Assembly: GCA_964057225.1 (NCBI GenBank)
Contig: OZ059894.1
Location: 19,530,001-19,594,000 of the forward strand
Source: Auanema rhodensis
Taxonomy: Eukaryota; Animalia; Nematoda
DNA: 64,000 nt
Direction: 5' to 3'
Shown here: piece after piece, positions 1 through 15,000 of the stretch
Layout of the letters: every line of letters starts with the position of its first letter
Numbering within the stretch: position 1 is the first letter of the stretch
Program-made: the position numbers and the translations under genes
Notes under the pieces: generated by a model
Seen by the model: the letters and a program-made list of their open reading frames with translations, nothing else
Database searches by the model: none
What the model was told of the DNA's origin: nothing

Positions 1-3000
1 GTTTCCATGTACACTCAACATTGCTTCCAAAAACATTTTGACAAAAAATTTTTCGAAAAATTTCAAAATAATTTAGCAAAAAGTAGATGTTTTTAGATTC
101 CTTTTTTCAAGGCAAAGACGATGGACAATGTTATTCAACGAAAAAATTAATTCTTCAGGGTGAAAATCGAGGATATAAGTGTGAACTTATATCAGTTGAT
201 ATCTCGGTGCATTTTCAAGCTAGCGGAAATCTGATAACACAGATCGACGCAGCTTAAAAATCCGCATCGAATGCACTATACTACATTGAGAAACGCTTAA
301 TACAAAAATTAGTTATGATCGTTTGAAAAATGATGCATTAGTGTATGTTGAGTTTCCATGTTCACTCAACATTGCTTCCAAAAACATTTTGACAAAAATT
401 TTTTCGAAAAATTTCAGAATAATTTAGCAAAAAGTAGATGTTTTTAGATTCCATTTTTCAAGGCAAAGACGATGGACAATGTTATTCAACGAAAAAATTA
501 ATTCTTCAGGGTGAAAATCGAGGATATAAGTGTGAACTTATATCAGTTGAGATCTCGGTGCATTTTTAAGCTAGCGCAAATCTGATAACACAGAACGACG
601 CAGCTTAAAAATCCGCATCGAATGCACTATACTACATTGAGAAACGCTTAATACAAAAATTAGTTATGATCGTTTGAAAAATGATGCATTAGTGTATGTT
701 GAGTTTCCATGTACACTCAACATTGCTTCCAAAAACATTTTGACAAAAATTTTTTCGAAAAATTTCAGAATAATTTAGCAAAAAGTAGATGTTTTTAGAT
801 TCCTTTTTTCAAGGCAAAGACGATGGACAATGTTATTCAACGAAAAAATTAATTCATCAGGGACAAAATCGAGGATATAAGTGTGAACTTATAACAGTTG
901 ATATCTCGGTGCATTTTTAAGCTAGCGCAAATCTGATAACACAGAACGACGCAGCTTAAAAATCCGCATCGAATGCACTATACTACATTGAGAAACGCTT
1001 AATACAAAAATTAGTTATGATCGTTTGAAAAATGATGCATTAGTGTATGTTGAGTTTCCATGTACACTCAACATTGCTTCCAAAAACATTTTGACAAAAA
1101 TTTTTTCGAAAAATTTCAGAATAATTTAGCAAAAAGTAGATGTTTTTAGATTCCATTTTTCAAGGCAAAGACGATGGACAATGTTATTCAACGAAAAAAT
1201 TAATTCTTCAGGGTGAAAATCGAGGATATAAGTGTGAACTTATATCAGTTGATATCTCGGTGCATTTTTAAGCTAGCGCAAATCTGATAACACAGATCGA
1301 CGCAGCTTAAAAATCCGCATCGAATGCACTATACTACATTGAGAAACGCTTAATTCAAAAATTAGTTATGATCGTTTGAAAAATGATGCGTTAGTGTATG
1401 TTGAGTTTCCATGTACACTCAACATTGCTTCCAAAAACATTTTGACAAAAATTTTTTCGAAAAATTTCAAAATAATTTAGCAAAAAGTAGATGTTTTTAG
1501 ATTCCATTTTTTAAGGCAAAGACGATGGACAATGTTATTCAACGAAAAAATTAATTCTTCAGGGTGAAAATCGAGGATATAAGTGTGAACTTATATCAGT
1601 TGATATCTCGGTGCATTTTTAAGCTAGCGCAAATCTGATAACACAGAACGACGCAGCTTAAAAATCCGCATCGAATGCACTATACTACATTGAGAAACGC
1701 TTAATACAAAAATTAGTTATGATCGTTTGAAAAATGATGCATTAGTGTATGTTGAGTTTCCATGTACACTCAACATTGCTTCCAAAAACATTTTGACAAA
1801 AATTTTTTCGAAAAATTTCAAAATAATTTAGCAAAAAGTAGATGTTTTTAGATTCCTTTTTTCAAGGCAAAGACGATGGACAATGTTATTCAACGAAAAA
1901 AATAATTCTTCAGGGTGAAAATCGAGGATATAAGTGTGAACTTATATCAGTTGATATCTCGGTGCATTTTTAAGCTAGCGCAAATCTGATAACACAGATC
2001 GACGCAGCTTAAAAATCCGCATCGAATGCACTATACTACATTGAGAAACGCTTAATACAAAAATTAGTTATGATCGTTTGAAAAATGATGCATTAGTGTA
2101 TGTTGAGTTTCCATGTACACTCAACATTGCTTCCAAAAACATTTTGACAAAAATTTTTTCGAAAAATTTCAAAATAATTTAGCAAAAAGTAGATGTTTTT
2201 AGATTCCTTCTTTCAAGGCAAAGACGATGGACAATGTTATTCAACGAAAAAATTAATTCTTCAGGGTGAAAATCGAGGATATAAGTGTGAACTTATATCA
2301 GTTGATATCTCGGTGCATTTTTAAGCTAGCGCAAATCTGATAACACAGATCGACGCAGCTTAAAAATCCGCATCGAATGCACTATACTACATTGAGAAAC
2401 GCTTAATACAAAAATTAGTTATGATCGTTTGAAAAATGATGCATTAGTGTATGTTGAGTTTCCATGTACACTCAACATTGCTTCCAAAAACATTTTGACA
2501 AAAAATTTTTCGAAAAATTTCAAAATAATTTAGCAAAAAGTAGATGTTTTTAGATTCCTTTTTTCAAGGCAAAGACGATGGACAATGTTATTCAACGAAA
2601 AAATTAATTCTTCAGGGTGAAAATCGAGGATATAAGTGTGAACTTATATCAGTTGATATCTCGGTGCATTTTTAAGCTAGCGCAAATCTGATAACACAGA
2701 ACGACGCAGCTTAAAAATTCGCATCGAATGCACTATACTACATTGAAAAACGCTTAATACAAAAATTAGTTATGATCGTTTGAAAAATGATGCATTAGTG
2801 TATGTTGAGTTTCCATGTACACTCAACATTGCTTCCAAAAACATTTTGACAAAAATTTTTTCGAAAAATTTCAGAATAATTTAGCAAAAAGTAGATGTTT
2901 TTAGATTCCATTTTTCAAGGCAAAGACGATGGACAATGTTATTCAACGAAAAAATTAATTCTTCAGGGTGAAAATCGAGGATATAAGTGTGAACTTATAT

Positions 3001-6000
3001 CAGTTGATATCTCGGTGCATTTTTAAGCTAGCGCAAATCTGATAACACAGAACGACGCAGCTTAAAAATCCGCATCGAATGCACTATACTACATTGAGAA
3101 ACGTTTAATACAAAAATTAGTTATGATCGTTTGAAAAATGATGCATTAGTGTATGTTGAGTTTCCATGTACACTCAACATTGCTTCCAAAAACATTTTGA
3201 CAAAAAAGTTTTCGAAAAATTTCAAAATAATTTAGCAAAAAGTAGATGTTTTTAGATTCCTTTTTTCAAGGCAAAGACGATGGACAATGTTATTCAACGA
3301 AAAAATTAATTCTTCAGGGTGAAAATCGAGGATATAAGTGTGAACTTATATCAGTTGATATCTCGGTGCATTTTTAAGCTAGCGCAAATCTGATAACACA
3401 GAACGACGCAGCTTAAAAATTCGCATCGAATGCACTATACTACATTGAAAAACGCTTAATACAAAAATTAGTTATGATCGTTTGAAAAATGATGCATTAG
3501 TGTATGTTGAGTTTCCATGTACACTCAACATTGCTTCCAAAAACATTTTGACAAAAATTTTTTCGAAAAATTTCAGAATAATTTAGCAAAAAGTAGATGT
3601 TTTTAGATTCCATTTTTCAAGGCAAAGACGATGGACAATGTTATTCAACGAAAAAATTAATTCTTCAGGGTGAAAATCGAGAATATAAGTGTGAACTTAT
3701 ATCAGTTGATATCTCGGTGCATTTTTAAGCTAGCGCAAATCTGATAACACAGAACGACGCAGCTTAAAAATCCGCATCGAATGCACTATACTACATTGAG
3801 AAACGTTTAATACAAAAATTAGTTATGATCGTTTGAAAAATGATGCATTAGTGTATGTTGAGTTTCCATGTACACTCAACATTGCTTCCAAAAACATTTT
3901 GACAAAAAATTTTTCGAAAAATTTCAAAATAATTTAGCAAAAAGTAGATGTTTTTAGATTCCTTTTTTCAAGGCAAAGACGATGGACAATGTTATTCAAC
4001 GAAAAAATTAATTCTTCAGGGTGAAAATCGAGGATATAAGTGTGAACTTATATCAGTTGATATCTCGGTGCATTTTTAAGCTAGCGCAAATCTGATAACA
4101 CAGAACGACGCAGCTTAAAAATTCGCATCGAATGCACTATACTACATTGAAAAACGCTTAATACAAAAATTAGTTATGATCGTTTGAAAAATGATGCATT
4201 AGTGTATGTTGAGTTTCCATGTACACTCAACATTGCTTCCAAAAACATTTTGACAAAAATTTTTTCGAAAAATTTCAGAATAATTTAGCAAAAAGTAGAT
4301 GTTTTTAGATTCCATTTTTCAAGGCAAAGACGATGGACAATGTTATTCAACGAAAAAATTAATTCTTCAGGGTGAAAATCGAGAATATAAGTGTGAACTT
4401 ATATCAGTTGATATCTCGGTGCATTTTTAAGCTAGCGCAAATCTGATAACACAGAACGACGCAGCTTAAAAATCCGCATCGAATGCACTATACTACATTG
4501 AGAAACGCTTAATACAAAAATTAGTTATGATCGTTTGAAAAATGATGCATTAGTGTATGTTGAGTTTCCATGTACACTCAACATTGCTTCCAAAAACATT
4601 TTGACAAAAATTTTTTCGAAAAATTTCAGAATAATTTAGCAAAAAGTAGATGTTTTTAGATTCCATTTTTCAAGGCAAAGACGATGGACAATGTTATTCA
4701 ACGAAAAAATTAATTCTTCAGGGTGAAAATCGAGGATATAAGTGTGAACTTATATCAGTTGATATCTCGGTGCATTTTCAAGCTAGCGCAAATCTGATAA
4801 CACAGATCGACGCAGCTTAAAAATCCGCATCGAATGCACTATACTACATTGAGAAACGCTTAATACAAAAATTAGTTATGATCGTTTGAAAAATGATGCG
4901 TTAGTGTATGTTGAGTTTCCATGTACACTCAACATTGCTTCCAAAAACATTTTGACAAAAATTTTTTCGAAAAATTTCGAAATAATTTAGCAAAAAGTAG
5001 ATGTTTTTAGATTCCATTTTTCATGGCAAAGACGATGGACAATGTTATTCAACGAAAAAATTAATTCTTCAGGGTGAAAATCGAGGATATAAGTGTGAAC
5101 TTATATCAGTTGATATCTCGGTGCATTTTTAAGCTAGCGCAAATCTGATAACACAGATCGACGCAGCTTAAAAATCCGCATCGAATGCACTATACTACAT
5201 TGAGAAACGCTTAATACAAAAATAAGTTATGATCGTTTGAAAAATGATGCATTAGTGTATGTTGAGTTTCCATGTACACTCAACATTGCTTCCAAAAACA
5301 TTTTGACAAAAATTTTTTCGAAAAATTTCAGAATAATTTAGCAAAAAGTAGATGTTTTTAGATTCCATTTTTCAAGGCAAAGACGATGAACAATGTTATT
5401 CAACGAAAAAATTAATTCTTCAGGGTGAAAATCGAGGATATAAGTGTGAACTTATATCAGTTGATATCTCGGTGCATTTTTAAGCTAGCGCAAATCTGAT
5501 AACACAGAACGACGCAGCTTAAAAATTCGCATCGAATGCACTATACTACATTGAGAAACGCTTAATACAAAAATTAGTTATGATCGTTTGAAAAATGATG
5601 CATTAGTGTATGTTGAGTTTCCATGTACACTCAACATTGCTTCCAAAAACATTTTGACAAAAATTTTTTCGAAAAATTTCAGAATAATTTAGCAAAAAGT
5701 AGATGTTTTTAGATTCCATTTTTCAAGGCAAAGACGATGAACAATGTTATTCAACGAAAAAATTAATTCTTCAGGGTGAAAATCGAGGATATAAGTGTGA
5801 ACTTATATCAGTTGATATCTCGGTGCATTTTTAAGCTAGCGCAAATCTGATAACACAGAACGACGCAGCTTAAAAATTCGCATCGAATGCACTATACTAC
5901 ATTGAGAAACGCTTAATACAAAAATTAGTTATGATCGTTTGAAAAATGATGCATTAGTGTATGTTGAGTTTCCATGTACACTCAACATTGCTTCCAAAAA

Positions 6001-9000
6001 CATTTTGACAAAAATTTTTTCGAAAAATTTCAAAATAATTTAGCAAAAAGTAGATGTTTTTAGATTCCTTTTTTCAAGGCAAAGACGATGGACAATGTTA
6101 TTCAACGAAAAATATAATTCTTCAGGGTGAAAATCGAGGATATAAGTGTGAACTTATATCAGTTGATATCTCGGTGCATTTTTAAGCTAGCGCAAATCTG
6201 ATAACACAGATCGACGCAGCTTAAAAATCCGCATCGAATGCACTATACTACATTGAGAAACGCTTAATACAAAAATTAGTTATGATCGTTTGAAAAATGA
6301 TGCATTAGTGTATGTTGAGTTTCCATGTACACTCAACATTGCTTCCAAAAACATTTTGACAAAAATTTTTTCGAAAAATTTCGAAATAATTTAGCAAAAA
6401 GTAGATGTTTTTAGATTCCATTTTTCAAGGCAAAGACGATGGACAATGTTATTCAACGAAAAAATTAATTCTTCAGGGTGAAAATCGAGGATATAAGTGT
6501 GAACTTATATCAGTTGATATCTCGGTGCATTTTTAAGCTAGCGCAAATCTGATAACACAGATCGACGCAGCTTAAAAATCCGCATCGAATGCACTATACT
6601 ACATTGAGAAACGCTTAATACAAAAATTAGTTATGATCGTTTGAAAAATGATGCATTAGTGTATGTTGAGTTTCCATGTACACTCAACATTGCTTCCAAA
6701 AACATTTTGACAAAAATTTTTTCGAAAAATTTCAGAATAATTTAGCAAAAAGTAGATGTTTTTAGATTCCATTTTTCAAGGCAAAGACGATGGACAATGT
6801 TATTCAACGAAAAAATTAATTCTTCAGGGTGAAAATCGAGGATATAAGTGTGAACTTATATCAGTTGATATCTCGGTGCATTTTTAAGCTAGCGCAAATC
6901 TGATAACACAGAACGACGCAGCTTAAAAATCCGCATCGAATGCACTATACTACATTGAGAAACGTTTAATACAAAAATTAGTTATGATCGTTTGAAAAAT
7001 GATGCATTAGTGTATGTTGAGTTTCCATGTACACTCAACATTGCTTCCAAAAACATTTTGACAAAAAATTTTTCGAAAAATTTCAAAATAATTTAGCAAA
7101 AAGTAGATGTTTTTAGATTCCTTTTTTCAAGGCAAAGACGATGGACAATGTTATTCAACGAAAAAATTAATTCTTCAGGGTGAAAATCGAGGATATAAGT
7201 GTGAACTTATATCAGTTGATATCTCGGTGCATTTTTAAGCTAGCGCAAATCTGATAACACAGAACGACGCAGCTTAAAAATTCGCATCGAATGCACTATA
7301 CTACATTGAAAAACGCTTAATACAAAAATTAGTTATGATCGTTTGAAAAATGATGCATTAGTGTATGTTGAGTTTCCATGTACACTCAACATTGCTTCCA
7401 AAAACATTTTGACAAAAATTTTTTCGAAAAATTTCAGAATAATTTAGCAAAAAGTAGATGTTTTTAGATTCCATTTTTCAAGGCAAAGACGATGGACAAT
7501 GTTATTCAACGAAAAAATTAATTCTTCAGGGTGAAAATCGAGAATATAAGTGTGAACTTATATCAGTTGATATCTCGGTGCATTTTTAAGCTAGCGCAAA
7601 TCTGATAACACAGAACGACGCAGCTTAAAAATCCGCATCGAATGCACTATACTACATTGAGAAACGCTTAATACAAAAATTAGTTATGATCGTTTGAAAA
7701 ATGATGCATTAGTGTATGTTGAGTTTCCATGTACACTCAACATTGCTTCCAAAAACATTTTGACAAAAATTTTTTCGAAAAATTTCAGAATAATTTAGCA
7801 AAAAGTAGATGTTTTTAGATTCCATTTTTCAAGGCAAAGACGATGGACAATGTTATTCAACGAAAAAATTAATTCTTCAGGGTGAAAATCGAGGATATAA
7901 GTGTGAACTTATATCAGTTGATATCTCGGTGCATTTTTAAGCTAGCGCAAATCTGATAACACAGAACGACGCAGCTTAAAAATTCGCATCGAATGCACTA
8001 TACTACATTGAGAAACGCTTAATACAAAAATTAGTTATGATCGTTTGAAAAATGATGCATTAGTGTATGTTGAGTTTCCATGTACACTCAACATTGCTTC
8101 CAAAAACATTTTGACAAAAATTTTTTCGAAAAATTTCAGAATAATTTAGCAAAAAGTAGATGTTTTTAGATTCCATTTTTCAAGGCAAAGACGATGAACA
8201 ATGTTATTCAACAAAAAAATTAATTCTTCAGGGTGAAAATCGAGGATATAAGTGTGAACTTATATCAGTTGATATCTCGGTGCATTTTTAAGCTAGCGCA
8301 AATCTGATAACACAGAACGACGCAGCTTAAAAATTCGCATCGAATGCACTATACTACATTGAGAAACGCTTAATACAAAAATTAGTTATGATCGTTTGAA
8401 AAATGATGCATTAGTGTATGTTGAGTTTCCATGTACACTCAACATTGCTTCCAAAAACATTTTGACAAAAATTTTTTCGAAAAATTTCAAAATAATTTAG
8501 CAAAAAGTAGATGTTTTTAGATTCCTTTTTTCAAGGCAAAGACGATGGACAATGTTATTCAACGAAAAATATAATTCTTCAGGGTGAAAATCGAGGATAT
8601 AAGTGTGAACTTATATCAGTTGATATCTCGGTGCATTTTTAAGCTAGCGCAAATCTGATAACACAGATCGACGCAGCTTAAAAATCCGCATCGAATGCAC
8701 TATACTACATTGAGAAACGCTTAATACAAAAATTAGTTATGATCGTTTGAAAAATGATGCATTAGTGTATGTTGAGTTTCCATGTACACTCAACATTGCT
8801 TCCAAAAACATTTTGACAAAAATTTTTTCGAAAAATTTCGAAATAATTTAGCAAAAAGTAGATGTTTTTAGATTCCATTTTTCAAGGCAAAGACGATGGA
8901 CAATGTTATTCAACGAAAAAATTAATTCTTCAGGGTGAAAATCGAGGATATAAGTGTGAACTTATATCAGTTGATATCTCGGTGCATTTTTAAGCTAGCG

Positions 9001-12000
9001 CAAATCTGATAACACAGATCGACGCAGCTTAAAAATCCGCATCGAATGCACTATACTACATTGAGAAACGCTTAATACAAAATTTAGTTATGATCGTTTG
9101 AAAAATGATGCATTAGTGTATGTTGAGTTTCCATGTACACTCAACATTGCTTCCAAAAACATTTTGACAAAAATTTTTTCGAAAAATTTCAGAATAATTT
9201 AGCAAAAAGTAGATGTTTTTAGATTCCTTTTTTCAAGGCAAAGACGATGGACAATGTTATTCAACGAAAAAATTAATTCTTCAGGGTGAAAATCGAGGAT
9301 ATAAGTGTGAACTTATATCAGTTGATATCTCGGTGCATTTTTAAGCTAGCGCAAATCTGATAACACAGAACGACGCAGCTTAAAAATCCGCATCGAATGC
9401 ACTATACTACATTGAGAAACGCTTAATACAAAAATTAGTTATGATCGTTTGAAAAATGATGCATTAGTGTATGTTGAGTTTCCATGTACACTCAACATTG
9501 CTTCCAAAAACATTTTGACAAAAATTTTTTCGAAAAATTTCAGAATAATTTAGCAAAAAGTAGATGTTTTTAGATTCCATTTTTCAAGGCAAAGACGATG
9601 GACAATGTTATTCAACGAAAAAATTAATTCTTCAGGGTGAAAATCGAGGATATATGTGTGAACTTATATCAGTTGATATCTCGGTGCATTTTTAAGCTAG
9701 CGCAAATCTGATAACACAGATCGACGCAGCTTAAAAATCCGCATCGAATGCACTATACTACATTGAGAAACGCTTAATACAAAAATTAGTTATGATCGTT
9801 TGAAAAATGATGCGTTAGTGTATGTTGAGTTTCCATGTACACTCAACATTGCTTCCAAAAACATTTTGACAAAAATTTTTTCGAAAAATTTCAAAATAAT
9901 TTAGCAAAAAGTAGATGTTTTTAGATTCCATTTTTTAAGGCAAAGACGATGGACAATGTTATTCAACGAAAAAATTAATTCTTCAGGGTGAAAATCGAGG
10001 ATATAAGTGTGAACTTATATCAGTTGATATCTCGGTGCATTTTTAAGCTAGCGCAAATCTGATAACACAGAACGACGCAGCTTAAAAATCCGCATCGAAT
10101 GCACTATACTACATTGAGAAACGCTTAATACAAAAATTAGTTATGATCGTTTGAAAAATGATGCATTAGTGTATGTTGAGTTTCCATGTACACTCAACAT
10201 TGCTTCCAAAAACATTTTGACAAAAATTTTTTCGAAAAATTTCAAAATAATTTAGCAAAAAGTAGATGTTTTTAGATTCCTTTTTTCAAGGCAAAGACGA
10301 TGGACAATGTTATTCAACGAAAAAATTAATTCTTCAGGGTGAAAATCGAGGATATAAGTGTGAACTTATATCAGTTGATATCTCGGTGCATTTTCAAGCT
10401 AGCGCAAATCTGATAACACAGATCGACGCAGCTTAAAAATCCGCATCGAATGCACTATACTACATTGAGAAACGCTTAATACAAAAATTAGTTATGATCG
10501 TTTGAAAAATGATGCATTAGTGTATGTTGAGTTTCCATGTACACTCAACATTGCTTCCAAAAACATTTTGACAAAAATTTTTTCGAAAAATTTCGAAATA
10601 ATTTAGCAAAAAGTAGATGTTTTTAGATTCCATTTTTCAAGGCAAAGACGATGGACAATGTTATTCAACGAAAAAATTAATTCTTCAGGGTGAAAATCGA
10701 GGATATAAGTGTGAACTTATATCAGTTGATATCTCGGTGCATTTTTAAGCTAGCGCAAATCTGATAACACAGAACGACGCAGCTTAAAAATCCGCATCGA
10801 ATGCACTATACTACATTGAGAAACGCTTAATACAAAAATTAGTTATGATCGTTTGAAAAATGATGCATTAGTGTATGTTGAGTTTCCATGTACACTCAAC
10901 ATTGCTTCCAAAAACATTTTGACAAAAAATTTTTCGAAAAATTTCAAAATAATTTAGCAAAAAGTAGATGTTTTTAGATTCCTTTTTTCAAGGCAAAGAC
11001 GATGGACAATGTTATTCAACGAAAAAATTAATTCTTCAGGGTGAAAATCGAGGATATAAGTGTGAACTTATATCAGTTGATATCTCGGTGCATTTTTAAG
11101 CTAGCGCAAATCTGATAACACAGAACGACGCAGCTTAAAAATTCGCATCGAATGCACTATACTACATTGAAAAACGCTTAATACAAAAATTAGTTATGAT
11201 CGTTTGAAAAATGATGCATTAGTGTATGTTGAGTTTCCATGTACACTCAACATTGCTTCCAAAAACATTTTGACAAAAATTTTTTCGAAAAATTTCAGAA
11301 TAATTTAGCAAAAAGTAGATGTTTTTAGATTCCATTTCTCAAGGCAAAGACGATGGACAATGTTATTCAACGAAAAAATTAATTCTTCAGGGTGAAAATC
11401 GAGAATATAAGTGTGAACTTATATCAGTTGATATCTCGGTGCATTTTTAAGCTAGCGCAAATCTGATAACACAGAACGACGCAGCTTAAAAATCCGCATC
11501 GAATGCACTATACTACATTGAGAAACGCTTAATACAAAAATTAGTTATGATCGTTTGAAAAATGATGCATTAGTGTATGTTGAGTTTCCATGTACACTCA
11601 ACATTGCTTCCAAAAACATTTTGACAAAAATTTTTTCGAAAAATTTCAAAATAATTTAGCAAAAAGTAGATGTTTTTAGATTCCTTTTTTCAAGGCAAAG
11701 ACGATGGACAATGTTATTCAACGAAAAAATTAATTCTTCAGGGTGAAAATCGAGGATATAAGTGTGAACTTATATCAGTTGATATCTCGGTGCATTTTTA
11801 AGCTAGCGCAAATCTGATAACACAGATCGACGCAGCTTAAAAATCCGCATCGAATGCACTATACTACATTGAGAAACGCTTAATACAAAAATTAGTTATG
11901 ATCGTTTGAAAAATGATGCATTAGTGTATGTTGAGTTTCCATGTACACTCAACATTGCTTCCAAAAACATTTTGACAAAAATTTTTTCGAAAAATTTCAA

Positions 12001-15000
12001 AATAATTTAGCAAAAAGTAGATGTTTTTAGATTCCATTTTTTAAGGCAAAGACGATGGACAATGTTATTCAACGAAAAAATTAATTCTTCAGGGTGAAAA
12101 TCGAGGATATAAGTGTGAACTTATATCAGTTGATATCTCGGTGCATTTTTAAGCTAGCGCAAATCTGATAACACAGAACGACGCAGCTTAAAAATCCGCA
12201 TCGAATGCACTATACTACATTGAGAAACGCTTAATACAAAAATTAGTTATGATCGTTTGAAAAATGATGCATTAGTGTATGTTGAGTTTCCATGTACACT
12301 CAACATTGCTTCCAAAAACATTTTGACAAAAATTTTTTCGAAAAATTTCAAAATAATTTAGCAAAAAGTAGATGTTTTTAGATTCCTTTTTTTAAGGCAA
12401 AGACGATGGACAATGTTATTCAACGAAAAAATTAATTCTTCAGGGTGAAAATCGAGGATATAAGTGTGAACTTATATCAGTTGATATCTCGGTGCATTTT
12501 CAAGCTAGCGCAAATCTGATAACACAGATCGACGCAGCTTAAAAATCCGCATCGAATGCACTATACTACATTGAGAAACGCTTAATACAAAAATTAGTTA
12601 TGATCGTTTGAAAAATGATGCATTAGTGTATGTTGAGTTTCCATGTACACTCAACATTGCTTCCAAAAACATTTTGACAAAAATTTTTTCGAAAAATTTC
12701 GAAATAATTTAGCAAAAAGTAGATGTTTTTAGATTCCATTTTTCAAGGCAAAGACGATGGACAATGTTATTCAACGAAAAAATTAATTCTTCAGGGTGAA
12801 AATCGAGGATATAAGTGTGAACTTATATCAGTTGATATCTCGGTGCATTTTTAAGCTAGCGCAAATCTGATAACACAGAACGACGCAGCTTAAAAATCCG
12901 CATCGAATGCACTATACTACATTGAGAAACGCTTAATACAAAAATTAGTTATGATCGTTTGAAAAATGATGCATTAGTGTATGTTGAGTTTCCATGTACA
13001 CTCAACATTGCTTCCAAAAACATTTTGACAAAAAATTTTTCGAAAAATTTCAAAATAATTTAGCAAAAAGTAGATGTTTTTAGATTCCTTTTTTCAAGGC
13101 AAAGACGATGGACAATGTTATTCAACGAAAAAATTAATTCTTCAGGGTGAAAATCGAGGATATAAGTGTGAACTTATATCAGTTGATATCTCGGTGCATT
13201 TTTAAGCTAGCGCAAATCTGATAACACAGAACGACGCAGCTTAAAAATTCGCATCGAATGCACTATACTACATTGAAAAACGCTTAATACAAAAATTAGT
13301 TATGATCGTTTGAAAAATGATGCATTAGTGTATGTTGAGTTTCCATGTACACTCAACATTGCTTCCAAAAACATTTTGACAAAAATTTTTTCGAAAAATT
13401 TCAGAATAATTTAGCAAAAAGTAGATGTTTTTAGATTCCATTTTTCAAGGCAAAGACGATGGACAATGTTATTCAACGAAAAAATTAATTCTTCAGGGTG
13501 AAAATCGAGAATATAAGTGTGAACTTATATCAGTTGATATCTCGGTGCATTTTTAAGCTAGCGCAAATCTGATAACACAGAACGACGCAGCTTAAAAATC
13601 CGCATCGAATGCACTATACTACATTGAGAAACGCTTAATACAAAAATTAGTTATGATCGTTTGAAAAATGATGCATTAGTGTATGTTGAGTTTCCATGTA
13701 CACTCAACATTGCTTCCAAAAACATTTTGACAAAAATTTTTTCGAAAAATTTCAGAATAATTTAGCAAAAAGTAGATGTTTTTAGATTCCATTTTTCAAG
13801 GCAAAGACGATGGACAATGTTATTCAACGAAAAAATTAATTCTTCAGGGTGAAAATCGAGGATATAAGTGTGAACTTATATCAGTTGATATCTCGGTGCA
13901 TTTTCAAGCTAGCGCAAATCTGATAACACAGATCGACGCAGCTTAAAAATCCGCATCGAATGCACTATACTACATTGAGAAACGCTTAATACAAAAATTA
14001 GTTATGATCGTTTGAAAAATGATGCGTTAGTGTATGTTGAGTTTCCATGTACACTCAACATTGCTTCCAAAAACATTTTGACAAAAATTTTTTCGAAAAA
14101 TTTCGAAATAATTTAGCAAAAAGTAGATGTTTTTAGATTCCATTTTTCATGGCAAAGACGATGGACAATGTTATTCAACGAAAAAATTAATTCTTCAGGG
14201 TGAAAATCGAGGATATAAGTGTGAACTTATATCAGTTGATATCTCGGTGCATTTTTAAGCTAGCGCAAATCTGATAACACAGATCGACGCAGCTTAAAAA
14301 TCCGCATCGAATGCACTATACTACATTGAGAAACGCTTAATACAAAAATTAGTTATGATCGTTTGAAAAATGATGCATTAGTGTATGTTGAGTTTCCATG
14401 TACACTCAACATTGCTTCCAAAAACATTTTGACAAAAATTTTTTCGAAAAATTTCAAAATAATTTAGCAAAAAGTAGATGTTTTTAGATTCCATTTTTTA
14501 AGGCAAAGACGATGGACAATGTTATTCAACGAAAAAATTAATTCTTCAGGGTGAAAATCGAGGATATAAGTGTGAACTTATATCAGTTGATATCTCGGTG
14601 CATTTTTAAGCTAGCGCAAATCTGATAACACAGAACGACGCAGCTTAAAAATCCGCATCGAATGCACTATACTACATTGAGAAACGCTTAATACAAAAAT
14701 TAGTTATGATCGTTTGAAAAATGATGCATTAGTGTATGTTGAGTTTCCATGTACACTCAACATTGCTTCCAAAAACATTTTGACAAAAATTTTTTCGAAA
14801 AATTTCAAAATAATTTAGCAAAAAGTAGATGTTTTTAGATTCCTTTTTTCAAGGCAAAGACGATGGACAATGTTATTCAACGAAAAAATTAATTCTTCAG
14901 GGTGAAAATCGAGGATATAAGTGTGAACTTATATCAGTTGATATCTCGGTGCATTTTCAAGCTAGCGCAAATCTGATAACACAGATCGACGCAGCTTAAA

